From the human T2T-CHM13v2.0 reference genome, Homo sapiens: a stretch of DNA of 64,000 bases. A program made the position numbers and the translations under genes. This document shows positions 26,473-40,059 of this stretch, piece after piece (the stretch's first letter is position 1; the number at the start of each line of letters is the position of its first letter). The notes beneath the pieces are model-generated. The model did no database searches. It was not told the DNA's origin and worked only from the letters and a program-made list of their open reading frames with translations. The stretch is from assembly GCF_009914755.1 (NCBI RefSeq), contig NC_060926.1; one strand, 5' to 3'.

Positions 26473-27452
26473 CAGTTTCTGAATTTTAGAGCAAAAGCTA
26501 AATTATATCTTTAAGGGAGACTCTTTAGTGAGATTTATAGTTATGTAGTCCTACCCACAGCTTTTGAAATCTAAAATTAGTGATTCCAAAAACAGATGCG
26601 ACTGTTAAATAATGTATTCAGTTACATAAAATATAATTTATTTCATAATGGGAAAATAGTTTAATATTAGTTTATTTTTATCTTTCTGTGGTAAGACCTA
26701 GAAACTGACTGGGAAGCTGGATCTTAAGAAAAAGCACAGAAATAAGGGAAACTCAAGTCGGTTGGTGGAGAGTAGTGGTACAAAGACTAGCATGTCAGGA
26801 ATGAAGAAGACAGATGGGTCTTATGAAATTTTCTGTTTAAGGACATTATCAAGAGATACTTGGGATCTTTAGTTTTGTGGTACTGTTACCTGATATCTAG
26901 TTTTAAGATTTCCTTCCACTTAGTTTTAATCCCTACATCTTATTGTCTACATATGCCTGGGAGCCTAAAGAGGTGGGTGACCTATGTATAGGCATTGGAA
27001 CCAAGGTGAATTCAAGTGAGCAGTAGCTTCACTGAGAAGCAACAGGATGGCCAGAGATGATGGGAGTTGGGGATTTCCCAGAAGCACTTATCTGAAGCAA
27101 GACATCTGACAAGGATGGCTATGAAGAGAAAATGGGCATCTTACAGTCACATAGAATTTGAACTTGAATTATGGCTGAGTTGGATACTAGAGAAAAAGAT
27201 AGCCTTAGAGTATTAGATACTTTAGATCAGAGGTTTTAGAATTACTTTTCAAATTATCTCTCCATTTTCATTAAAACTGTAAACCTTCACATCCAGAAGA
27301 CTTAGAATTCTTGGTGTACTTTTACTAGTACCATTTCATTGGTGTTTAGCAAACTGCCTTAGATTATGCTTAATTGTATTTTCCCAAATCCCTTTATCAC
27401 TCTAAGCTATTTGATGGAAAGAAATATATTTTACTCACCTTTTGACCTCCTT

Positions 27453-27517
27453 CAATACCAATACCAACACTAATACTGATACTAATGCCAATACTAATAC
27501 CAATACAAATACTAATA
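27453..27517. repeat. Degenerate (CYAATA)n hexamer microsatellite
   Basis: caataccaataccaacactaatactgatactaatgccaatactaataccaata. Confidence 0.8.
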
Positions 27518-27843
27518 GGAGAGTTCAAATCTTAAATCATAGTCTACTTTTTACATTATATACTATTTCTCAATTGTTTATCTGAACTTCCAAAATTTTC
27601 TTCCACAATGTTTATGCCATGTGATCTCTAGGTATCTCTAGCTATCTCAACCACAGAAACCCTCACTTTCCTGAGCCTTAACCTTCATTATTGTTCTAAT
27701 ACTACCAACTCATGTTTACTTTTACTACTTTGCTCCTGCTTTTCCTTTTGTCTGGAATTCTCTTTCCTGATTATTGAAGTCCTACTTTCATTTACACTTC
27801 AATTCCCACATCCTTCTCACCTGAATATATATCTCCAACCAAG

Positions 27844-28166
27844 TGAGACAGCCAGGTGGGAGGGGGTCCCTGGAAAAACTCCAGCCAGGCTGCACACTGG
27901 GGTTGAGCCTCGGGAAGTTCGTGCAGTTTGCAGTGGGGAGGATGCTGGCCTCTCCTCTTCTTGTGTGGAACCTAGGATCCAAGCTGCTGGCAGAAAGCAC
28001 TCTAGCAAGGACTCTGGCTTTGTAAGAGTCCCTGTTTCCCTCTTTTCTTCCTTTTCACCCAATAAAACCCTGTCTTACCCACCATTTAAATTGTCTGTGA
28101 GTCTGAATTTTCATGGCTGTGGGACAAAGAACCCCATTTATGGCTGAATGGAAAAGTCCTGCAACA
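27844..28166 (+). repeat. 5' LTR (MER61A-like)
   Basis: tgagacagccaggtgggagggggtccc...aataaa...gaaaagtcctgcaaca. Confidence 0.9.
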
Positions 28167-28170
28167 TTTT

Positions 28171-28188
28171 TGGCACCCAACATGGGGC
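28171..28188 (+). promoter_or_regulatory. Primer binding site, tRNA-Lys(CUU) type
   Basis: tggcacccaacatggggc versus TGGCGCCCAACGTGGGGC: 16/18 match, both mismatches are CpG decay; 4 nt after the LTR. Confidence 0.8.
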
Positions 28189-31100
28189 TCAAGAAGTGGT
28201 GAGTGAAATGGAGACTCAAAACTTCTCACTGTTGCTTCTAAGCCTTTTCATCCTTGGACTTCTGAGGACGGGAAAAACTATACCCAACCCCCATCGCTAC
28301 CAGGCCTTTTCATGTTTTTTTTTTTTCTTTCTTTCTTTTTTAGGACTGACCAGCAAGCAGCTGCTCTCTGCCACTCTCCCCTCCCAGCTGGGGTTGGGAT
28401 GCATGACACAAAGGTCCCACACAGCTGACTGGATGGTGTTTTCCACCATGTACCACCAGAGCCTACCCCTTCCCCAGCCAAAGGGCTTTACTCTATCAGA
28501 GAGTAACTAGGCTTTTCTCCTGTGGAGGAACCAGTTGCCTAAAAATAAGAGGTTCTTCCCCAGGCATTTTTAAACCTTTTTTCTTGCCTCTTCTCTACCC
28601 CATCAGCAGTTAAACTTTAATTTTTTTTTTTAGAAGACATTTTTTTACTAGGCCAGGCCCCACAACTGTCACTGTTTATATTTTCTGCAAAGTTTTGGTT
28701 GTGAAATCAGCCTTCGTCTTGTCTTACATCCTGAGGGCATGGCTGGTAATTGCTTGGCAAGGCTTTGTTTATCAATCCTGCCTTAGGGGGTGAAACCTCT
28801 CTGGTTCAATACCTGCATGTTTTCCTAGCCTTGTCTTTTAAAGGGCCCCATCCGACAACTGGGTTTTCTTTTGCCTGTCTGTGTGTGTACTGTGTGTAAC
28901 GTCTGTCAAAAGAGCTCTAATTAATTTGGAGTAAAGAAAGACAAGTGATTGGATCTATTATTTTTTAAAGGGAAGATAAAATCTGTGGTACCTTTCAGTT
29001 CATGTGACTTTAATCTTTAAGAAATAAAAACAGCCCTAAACACTATTGGTAAAATGCAGGTTAGATGGAAGGTTTTCTAAGTGTTTTGAGGTTACAAATT
29101 GCTTTTTGTGTTCTGAGAACTATTTGACTTGCCAGCTTCACAACTGGTAAGGCCTGGGGACATGTGGAACTAACCATGCCCTTAATTAAGAAGGCAAACC
29201 TTGGCTGCAGTTAGCACACAAAGCAACTTACCAAGTTTTCCCTTAAAGTTAAAAATTGCTAGGAGTTAATTGAAACTACTAGAAATACATTTATATGCAA
29301 GGTGTTTAAGAATAGTAAAATGTGTTTTTTTAGTAAAAGGTTATAAGAAGGCATGGAAATGTAAACTTTTGCCTAGGGTTAAAGGATCATTTTGAGTTAA
29401 ATTAGGAAAAAGTTGAAGGTTCAAAGAAGTGGTGGAAGAATTGTGGAAATTAATCTTGCAGATATTGACTACATTTAAAAAAGGGTATTATATGGCTTCC
29501 CTGTAAATTGAGGATTGAAATGAAAGCATAAGAAGGTTTTACTAGGGTGCTAATCTGCTCTTTGGCAAAATTTGTAAAGGTTTATAAGAGATTTTTGCTT
29601 CTTTAAAATTTCTGAGTCATCATTTTGGCAAAACAAATAACTTATGGTAATCTGGAATTCTATTTCATAATATCAAGTGTTTTAAACCTTAAAGATTTAA
29701 TAGCCTTTCCAAAATCAAACTTCAGTTTCAAAATTGTCTTCCCTGGCTCTTCAAATACTTCATATGGCCCCTGAAGTGTTCAGAAAAGAGAGGTGAACAG
29801 GATTATTTGACATGTTTAGGTACATGGGATTGCCCATGTACCTAAAAGATTGTTCAATCATTTTTAGGTTATATCTTGGTGAATAATGCTAATATATGTT
29901 CCAAAATTATATGGAATTTCTAAAATTCTAATGTCTAATTACATGCTATCAATAATCATTAAAATTTTTATGTTAAGTTATTGTAAACCACGGAGATAAC
30001 CAAACTTCTTTGCCAATTGTGTTTCTAACTGTAACTACCCAAGACATTTGAATATTCACAGTCAATTGTTCTCTTGTTTTAATCCTTTTCAAAGATGGTT
30101 TATAATGAGCTGTAGAACTTTAACAGGTGCTCTCAAATACAGGCTTCCAATAACTTTAGAAATTGTAACATTGGAATAAAGGAAAATGTACAGGACTCAT
30201 AAAGAGCTGAAATGTTCACAAATATTAAGCAAAACAAGAGTTAACTAAATGGACTGAAATCAGAAAGCTGAAGCAAATCTTTTGGACTTTTGCTTAGAAT
30301 ATTACTGATCCTTGTTTTGTTTTTCAGAGTCAAGGAAACTTATTTTGAACTATTTACGGCCTTTAATAATTAAGTAAGGTATACACTCCTGTGATCACAA
30401 TTTGGAGCATGTTTGTTTCTCTCTGCCTGATTCCTCTAGAATTTGGAAACTATTTGCAAGTATTCTTATGGCAATACAGTTGTTTGCATCAGTGTAATAA
30501 GAATTCATTTTTCTTTTGCAATAGAATGCAATTGGAGAAAGTGGTTATTTTACCAAGGCTTTGACTGGAAGGGTATGCTTCCCTTTAAGGAGTCAATCTA
30601 GCCTTGCAGAGCCAATAAAATCCCAATGAGGAAACTGGCCTTACATTGTTTTCTATGCAGTCCCTGTACAGGATTCCTGATGTGTGATCAGTATAGAATG
30701 TTACTTTTTAACAGGTCCAGGAGCTCCAAATTTATTATGGGACTTCTAGAGGAATGGATCACCAAACTAACAGGTGTTTGAGGATACAAACCCTTGGTTG
30801 GGCTCCGTATTAAAAGGTATTATCTGAGATTCCTTGTGGAACATACTTCCGTCATTCCAAAAGGCTTATGTAGAAATAATTATTCTTGCTGCACTTTATG
30901 CAAATAATCAGGCCAAATATAAGACAAAAGCCTATTCTGCAAACCATTCAATCTTATGATGATTTTTTTTTTTAACAAAAATGAGGACTGGAGAGAGAGA
31001 AATCGTGTTTCAAAATTTATCATACATTTGTCGTTAAATTCTAAACTCTTTAGTTGTTTTTATGTTTTCACATACATTTTAGACTAACCCTGCTTGCTGC

Positions 31101-32564
31101 TGTGAACCAACCAGCAATCTCTGGCTGCAGCTCAGAAAGAACGAGAGGGATGGGTAATGTAGAAATCTGGATAAATATTCTAGTTCTGAGCAGTTATCCT
31201 GGAAATCCTGCCAGGTAAGGAAATACATAGGGAATAAATAGAGTGGCCATCACCCAGAGGTTTCCTTTTTGGGAAAGTAAGACCAAGGAACCTAATCAAA
31301 GCCAAGCACCATGCACCAGAATCCTAGCAAGCATAACTATAGCTGCCAGTTATCTGAATGTGTCATAAGACATCCTTTTCTCTCTTTTGTTCGAGGAAGA
31401 CTCAGTTCCACAGTTTCACCTTAGCATTCAGCTATAATAAGAAGTCCATACAACTCCCTGAGACACATTTTTATCTAAAACTCAATTCCAAGCTTTGGGT
31501 CAAAGCCCTAGAAAGGAAAACTGGATCTGAGGGATCCAGAGGCAAATGGTCACAGAGGTTAAAAGCCACAGCCAAGGTGAGCATGGCTGATTTCCTTCTG
31601 ATTAAGCCAACCCCAAGCTTCCTGCTTCATGGATAAAGACCAGGCTAATATCCATGGCATAAATGAGGTCTAGGGAACTCCAAGACTACTGAGAGTAGCG
31701 AGGATAGAGGCATAGGTGAGAGCAGATAATTACTATTCTCTATACCCTTCCTGCTTCATAGGTGCAAGCCGCTTTGGCTGTCATGGCAGGACATGCCAAG
31801 GTCACCAGGACTTGAGTATGCAAAGATGGTAGAGGGAAAGAGAATGCTCTTCTCTTTTTCCTTCAACTACTCTGAGTATCTACTAGGAAGAGAAGGGAAC
31901 CAGGGACACCTTCTATCCTTTCTAGATGGGTAGCCATTCATCTTCAGGTGGTATCCCTTCTGAATGCATCATCCTGAACCCCTGGGACTCCTTTGAAAAA
32001 TGCCTTATTTTTTCCTTTCTCCTCCTCTGTCCTCTCTTCATGGATAGGTGATTGTGTCTCCATACTATGAGAAACTCCTGTGAGATGCATCCTCCAAACT
32101 GGAAAGAGTTAATTTCCCAAACCTTAAACTGGTTGGCTTAGGATTGGGCTCAGGGGAAGGAAACCTAGAGCCCAAAATGCTGCAAAAGGGTAATGGTTGT
32201 TTTTTGTTTGTTTGTTTGTTGTTTTTTTGTTTGTTTGTTTGTTTGGTTTTTACCATTTGAGCTTTTAACCTCTCTTTTCCTGTGAAAACTGGTAAAAGGC
32301 CTCGAGACTTTGAGCTATCCTTACCCCTCCCCTTGTTTCATTTCGATACATGTTTTATAATAACCTGATTTGTCTCTTCCTGCCTTCAGACCATCAAACT
32401 CCAAACAGTCATGCAACCCAAGACTCTGATGATTGCCCTTTCTGCTGAGAACCCTTAGATAGGCCTCTGAGGGAGCTCAGACTGCTGTTTCCCATCGGCA
32501 GGAAGCAGTTGAGATTGGTTTTCGTCCTTATCTTTATTCTAATGGCAGTTAGATGTACTTTTTT

Positions 32565-32575
32565 AGAGAGGGGAA
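32565..32575 (+). other. Polypurine tract
   Basis: agagaggggaa immediately before the 3' LTR. Confidence 0.8.
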
Positions 32576-32896
32576 TGAGACAACCAGGTGGGAAGGGGTC
32601 CCTGGAAAAACTCCAACCAGCTTGCACGCTGGGGTTGAGCCTCGGGAAGTTCACACAGTTTGCAGTGGGGAGGAGCCTGGCCCCTCCTCTTCTGTGTGGA
32701 ACCTGGGATTCAAGCTGCTGGCAGAAAGTGCTCTAGCAGGAACTCTGGCCTTGCAAGATTCCCTGTTTCCTACTTTTCTTCCTTTTCACCCAATAAAACC
32801 CTGTCTTACTCACCAAGTTTTCTGCAAGCCTGAATTTTCATGGCTGTGAGACAAAGTACCCCATCTGTGGGTGAACTAGGGAAAAGTCCTGCAACA
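32576..32896 (+). repeat. 3' LTR (MER61A-like)
   Basis: tgagacaaccaggtgggaaggggtccc...gaaaagtcctgcaaca. Roughly 10-15% diverged from the 5' LTR by eye. Confidence 0.9.
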
Positions 32897-35800
32897 CAAG
32901 TACCTTGGGAGCTCTTTATTTGCACCTCTCACCATACCAGGCACATAATATATTAAATAACTATTTTCTGTATTGAATCCATTTAATATACACCTAGGCA
33001 AGTTCACATTCCTTATAAATGAAGAAAGCATAGTGTAGGAAAATACTAATATCTCATGATCAGGCAAAGATCTATGGTAAACATGTGAGAGAAAACTCTG
33101 TTCATATCTATAATATCAGCTGTAGGCATTGAAACTAATAGATCATTATCCTTTTCTGTACTAAATTTTCATGGGCTTGATTAAAGAAGTTTAAATTACA
33201 CCAGTGGATCTCTGGGGGCTCACAGTTTGGAGTAACAGAACTGAAACTGTGAAATTAATTTTGGCCTTGGTAGACTTCCTTTCCCACATTACCTTTCAAC
33301 AATAGTTGTACTTCACGTAGTTAAAATTGCAGTTGAAAACAATATCTCTGAATGTCATTAGGTTTTTTATGTATTTCTCTTAATAGATGTACATATTTGT
33401 ATGTAAACTTATTATGCACCTATCTGGCATATCATCCTTAGTAAGAGTTTAATACTGGACTATTTTTTCCTTTTTAACTATGTTTATTTAAAGTCCAACT
33501 ACCCAGCATCCTTCTATTTTCCTTTCTACCACTCCTGGGGTTATTTTTATTGCTTCGGAATCTTCCCACATTCACGGCTCAATTTAATTATTTTTGTCTC
33601 CATCAAGCCCACAGTACCACCTCCCATTCACACAGGTTCCTCACTCACTGATCCTATGTTCCTAACGTCTGAATCATACAATTCAGTGCTAGCAGTATAG
33701 TGTTCTATATAGTTCTCTACTTGCTGTAAAAAAAATTTTGTTTTGCTTTTATTCTCTTATACATTATAAGTAACTCCAAAACTTAGGTTGTATCACTCCC
33801 ATTTTCAAAGTAAGAAAAATGTGTGCAATAACATTATTTTTAGCTGATCGATTATAAATTAGTATATTCTTAAATAATACACACAAAATTTATCACCAGT
33901 CAAAGTTGAAAGTAAATAGTGGGTGGTGATGCTTCCAGGAAATAAAATAAGTGCTGTTATTGTATCATTATTATAGTGCATCAGATAAATTATAGCATTT
34001 ATTCTGAAAGAAAAACAGTTGGTCATAATAATAGTATCCAGAAAAATTACACTCTCCCACTTGTAAACGTTTATATTATTTATCATATATTTTTGTTATA
34101 TAGTCACTAGTGTTCAATCTACCATTTATTTGTTAACAGTGGGTTTTCTTTTAACCCCTCTATTGATGTAAGCTGCAGTATTGATTTCTCCAAATAGCCT
34201 AATGGTGTATTTGAATTACTGGCAAACTCTACTGATCTTGTCTTGTTCTGTTTATAAGCCTCTTTGTAATCAATCTTCCAGATACTCAGCAGTCAGAAAG
34301 ATTGTTACCAATTTCAGTTTAAAAGTATTTATGCTATTCAATGCCTGGGTATATAATTTCAAAAAGAAATTTAACAGAGTTGGGTGGAGGCAGTTCAATA
34401 TTACTGTGTTCAAAAAGCGATTACTTGTAATACAATGAATATGAATGTGACAACTGTAATCTGTGTTGAAAATCAGAACGTTAGGCAATTCTGTAATAAT
34501 AGAGTAATTGGAGGACTATAGATACATGTTCAGGACAGATCAGTAATATTGCACAAAGAATAAATTTCAATAACAATATAAACATCATATTTGAGAAATT
34601 ATCAAATCAAAAGCATGCAATGCTTTTCTTACAGTACTAAAATTATAATTTCAAGGGCTGAAGGATTAAACCTCTAATAATAAATGAATTTTATGAGGTA
34701 TTGCATCTAGCAGATCAGGTAAAAGGTGGATTTTTACATTATTTTTTTTTAATTAGGGATTTTTCTGAGGTCCAGATATGAACTCAAATAATTAAGACAA
34801 AATTTTACTCTAGTACATAATATCAAATTTTATCTATGCCACTTAGAAAACATTCACATATAAAGAAGGTCAATGGTTTTTAGAAAGGAGCATAATGACT
34901 AAACTGAAAATTGTCAGTACAAGGCAACATATTACTCAAATGTTCTTGACACTAATAGATTTTCTGCCTCTTGCTGTTGATACATGGATCATATGTAAAA
35001 TAAGAAGGTCCAAACTGGAGCTGCTTTATGTCTGCCAAGATTTACATAACAGAAAATGTCTGTAATAATTTCCAATAGCAGCCCTGCTTTGTGAATGAAA
35101 CTGGGGGGGAAGCAAAGGAAAGGAAATGCTAAGTGCCAGGTCTGTGTGTAGCACTCCTCTAGGGAGAAGAACACACCTTTGGATGAATACTGGGCTCTCG
35201 GAAGTCTCTCTGTAACAACTAGATACTTGGATGAGGCAGCAGTCTCTTAGGCCCTGCTCTTCAAGTTTTAATGCTTTATGCAGCTTCCTTTGTGGGTGAT
35301 CCCATGAATTTAATGCCTGGCTGTGAATTTAATCTCTGAAGTCAATTTTCTAGTAAAAACATGTAATTATTCTTTTTTGAATGACATATTTATGTAAATA
35401 GGTTACTGTTTATTTCTATGGAATATGGTAAAAGCTAAATTATACATCAAATGTTCTAGTATGTGTCTTCCTTAGAATATTATTTTACTTAACACATAAA
35501 CTAAATGATCACTGGGGACTTTGTTTCCTCTGGGTAGTTGTTGCTTGGAAAAGAGACATATGGTTGCATGCATTTAAATTCTTCATTAAAAATGTTTACA
35601 GGAGGGGAAAAGTAATATACTCTAAAATGGCAAACATTATAGAGGGTTGCAAAATCTAGCTCCAAAGAGTTTCATATCATGACTTTACTACTTAGAAATA
35701 AACATTATGCCTAAATAAGTTGTTTATACAAACTCCAAGTAACTCACTTCCCTGAGTAAATATTTAGGCTGAAAGTATTCCCAAAACATTTAGTTATTCT

Positions 35801-36439
35801 AATTTACATGGGATATAGGGATAGAGTATATTTAATCATGTTATTAAACAGAATTTCAAAGGAGCAAACATAATTTTTGGTGTTTTATTCTTTTAATTGA
35901 AAAAAATGTAGATTATTTTATTCTGCAGTTAAAAATAACTATATTGGTTGTCAAGAATTAATTTCATCTTGATTTAGTCTGATTTTGATTAATGTCCAAT
36001 TCACTTAAGTAGTCACAGCTGTCAGCACAGACAGTGTTCATTCTGTAATGGGTATCTTTGGCTGCCCTGTTCCTTCTACCATCTTTTGTCTGGTCCACCC
36101 CTTCTCATACAAAGGTCAAAACAGCAAGAATAACAAAGCTAGTCCAATAAATAAGGTAGTTCAACAGCTTCTGGGGATACTAAGATCCCATCTAAATTTA
36201 AAAATGAATAGTCTACAATAACTTCATTCACCTACAAAGCAACAAAGAATGTTGGTTGAAATATTGACTGATCAAAGAGTGGGGTGGCAATGTTTCTTTT
36301 TTTTCTTTACAAATAATAATAATAATAAAAACTTTAGATATAATGTTCCAGACACTATGTGAGATAAGCATTTGTTAGAAGTATGAGAGGACCATGAGAG
36401 AATGGGAGAGGGAATTCTAATCTGTTTAAAGATCTAACT

Positions 36440-36764
<325 letters not shown>

Positions 36765-37619
36765 TTAGCAATGGAGATTATTAGCAATAGGTTTCATCCC
36801 TCTTGGAATTTATGGTTGAGTGGTAATAACAGACATTTCTTGGTAGTCAGAGATGCAAACTTAATAAAGGGTGCACCATTAATTGAAGTCCAGTTTTTCT
36901 ACTTATGTTGCTTATTCATATGCTTTAAAGGTAATGGTAAACCCATACCATTACCCAAGACATGGTTTCTTTAGACCTCTTAGACTTCTTAAATGTCAAA
37001 TTTACATATAACTAAATAACTAAATAACAAATATAACTCAGCAGTTATGCCAGTAGTTCTGTTGTAGCAGCTTTAGAATATAGATCAATGTCAATGGTGC
37101 CCCTGATATCTAAATATCTCGATTGTTTAGACATTCAAGACAATCTATTATCTTTAAAAAAATAGAATGTTTCCAATTTGAGTTCTGGTTACTACCATTA
37201 ACTTTTTCTATGATCCTGTCAAATAAAATTACTCAATATTTTTATTCCTTAGTTTTATGAGGAGGTTATACAAATTAATATTTTTAAAAGGTGGAAAAAG
37301 TGAGTAAGGGATACAAGCAGGAAGTTAACCAGAGGAACCCCCCCACGCACCTTATTACACTCACATACACACACGCGCACACACACACCCTTCCTCTAAA
37401 CAAAACAAGACAACACAATAAATTGCCAATCAACATAGGAAATACATCATCGTCATAATTAAAGATAAATCAAAACATTAAGATTCCATTTTCACTTCTC
37501 ATGCTAAAAAAATAATAAAAACTTTCTATTTACAAGTGTTGACTAGAGCATGTGAAAAGTAGACATTCTTATACAGAGTAAATGGGAATAGGTTGGGGTA
37601 TTTATTTGGTTAATCACCC

Positions 37620-38800
37620 TGGGGGACAGCTTTCTTATTTTTAAGATTATCATATAGTAAATTTTACTGTTTTGTGGGTAAAATTATATGAATCTTAACA
37701 TGTGTGTAGATTACCTGGAACTACAACTATATTCAGAAAAAAACAAAACAGCAACAACAAAACAAAAAGAAAAACAGTTCTATCATCCAAAAAAACTCCC
37801 TTATACTACTATTTTATAGTCACTCTTTTCGTCACTCATAACCCCAGGCAATTTCTAATATGCTTTCCCTTGCTGCAGATTTTTCCTTTCAAGAATGTCA
37901 AATAAATAGAATTACGTAGTAGGTAACCTTTGAGACAGGCTTCTTTCACTGAGCATAATGCCTTTGAGATTCAACCAAGTATGTATCACGATACCGCTCA
38001 GCACTGGTTGTCTTTTGAAAAGTAAAATATATTGATTTTAGTGAAGTTTAGTTTGTTATTTTTTTGTGTTTCATGCTTTCAGTATTCTAAGAAACTTTTA
38101 TGTACTTCAATAAAGCAACAATTTTCCCATTTTTTTCTAAAAGTATTATAGTTTTAGATTTTAATTTAGATCTTTTATCTATTTCGAGTTAAGTTTTGTG
38201 TATTTCATGACGTAAGTAATATTCTTTTTCCTTCCACTTGGATATCCAGTTTATTCAGAATCGTTTGTCCAAAAGACTTTCCTTTCTCCATTGAGATGCT
38301 TTGGCTCCTTTGCCAAAAATCAGTTGACCACATGTATGGGTCCATTTCTTTACTGTCTATTCTGTTCCATTGATCTGTGGAACAGATCTATAGAATAGGT
38401 TTTCCAAAATATCAAACTGTCTTAATTACTGTAGCTTTATAGGAAATCTTGAAATCAGACAGGTAAGTCCTCCACCTTTGCTCTTATACTTTAAAATTGC
38501 TTTTCATTACTCCAGGAGTTTTAAGAACATTTCAGTCATTGCATTGTATTTTTCAGTTTTAAAATGTCTATTGGGTTCTTTTCATAATTTCTGTTTCTTT
38601 GCTGAGAATGCCTATCTTTTCATTCATTTCAAGTGTGCTTTCTTTATCTCATGGGGCTCAGTTATGATAGCTGCTTGAAAGACTTAGACCTATAGTTCTA
38701 ACATCTGCGCCATCTCAGGTTGTTATCTCTGATTATTTTTTCCTTGAAATGTAGTCCCATTTTATGCTTCATTTCATGTCAAGTGATTTTGGATGGCATC
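37620..38800 (-). mobile_element. Old L1MC/ME fragments (3'UTR and ORF2 end)
   Basis: ggcttctttcactgagcataatgcctttgagattc; tttgccaaaaatcagttgacc; cttaattactgtagctttatagg. Confidence 0.65.
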
Positions 38801-39703
38801 CTGGACACTGGTACTAGAAATGGTCCTGAAAAGCAAACCATAATAATAGGATTCTGAATTTGGAAAATTTGCAGCCTGAGAGCAAAGGAATCATACTACT
38901 GGTGAGAAGAAGGGTGCTGGTGACAACCCAGCAAGTAACAGCATCACAATTACTGACTCGACAGGGTGGGGGGAGTATTGAAATGAGGTGTGTAAGGAAG
39001 GTGAGTTAGTGACTAATGTTTTGGATTGGCACTTAAACTGTATGGGGACAATGGTAGTTAAAAGGACTGTGGAGTTGGCTGGCTTTAGTTAATATCATTA
39101 ATATCCTTAAAGAAAGAAACTGATAGACTCAAGAAACACCTATAAACTCAAAGCACACAGACAAACCATATCCACCCTAAAATGATTCCTTTTCTATCCC
39201 CTCAATGAAGGTAGTAAATTGGAAGCAAAACCTTAGTATCTAGGAGAGTTTTGTAGATTAGTACCATCAACAAAGATATAAAGGACAAAGATGTGATTGT
39301 CCCAGATACATCCACATTTTTATAAATGTCAGAAAAACCTCCATTGTAAAGGTTAAGAGATCTTTATCTCTTGAAGCCAAGAGCAGCAAAGCTAAAAATT
39401 AGGCTCAGTGAATAACTTCTGTAGCTGACATGCCAAAGCCAAGGCTCTGATAAAAAAAGATTGAGATTCTGGAAACTGAGATAAGGACATTTATGTGGAT
39501 AAACCTAAGAATTACTGCTATCTAAGGATCAAAATATTATCATGAGGACTTCGGAGACCAATTCATTTAATAATGGGTCCAGTGACTCTATGAACTCCTC
39601 CATGTAATATCTCACCTCCAAGCATGAGATAGAAAAACTTACACAACTGTCCTTGATCTAAGTAATAATAGCAATTATGTAAGAAAGGTGGAGTGTGACA
39701 CCT

Positions 39704-40059
39704 TGTATTAGTCTGTTCTAGTGCTGCTAATAAAGACATACCTGAGACTGGATAATTTATAAAGAAAAGAGGTTTAATTGTCTCACAGTCCTAAATGTCT
39801 GGGGAGGCCTTACAATTATGGTGGAAGGTGAATGAGGAGCAAAGTCACATCTTACATGGTGGCAGGCAAGAGGGCATGTGCAGGGAAACTCTCATTTATA
39901 AAACCCTCAGATCTCATGAGACTTATTCACTACTATAAGAAAAGTATAGGGGAATCACCCCCATGATTCAATTATCTCCACCTGGCCCCTCCCTTGATAC
40001 ATGGGGATTATGATAATTCAAGATGAGATTTGGGTTGGGGACACAGACAAACCATATCA
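39704..40059 (-). mobile_element. THE1 (THE1C-like) MaLR solo LTR
   Basis: tgtattagtctgttctagtgctgctaataaagacatacc...acacagacaaaccatatca. TSD cacct/caccc. Confidence 0.9.

Larger units (their letters stand above)
27844..32896 (+). mobile_element. Complete non-autonomous ERV1 provirus (MER61 LTRs plus MER61/MER4-group internal region)
   Basis: Two direct TG...CA LTRs, PBS, PPT and a 4-bp TSD caag/caag (27840-27843, 32897-32900). No long gag/pol/env ORF. Confidence 0.92.

Noticed and set aside
27844-28166. Possible p53 site in the MER61 LTR (some MER61 subfamilies carry them)
   Set aside because: No paired RRRCWWGYYY visible in either LTR.
39790-39812. PRDM9 hotspot motif in THE1
   Set aside because: The reverse complement reads CCTCCCCAGACAT, not the active CCTCCCTNNCCAC variant.
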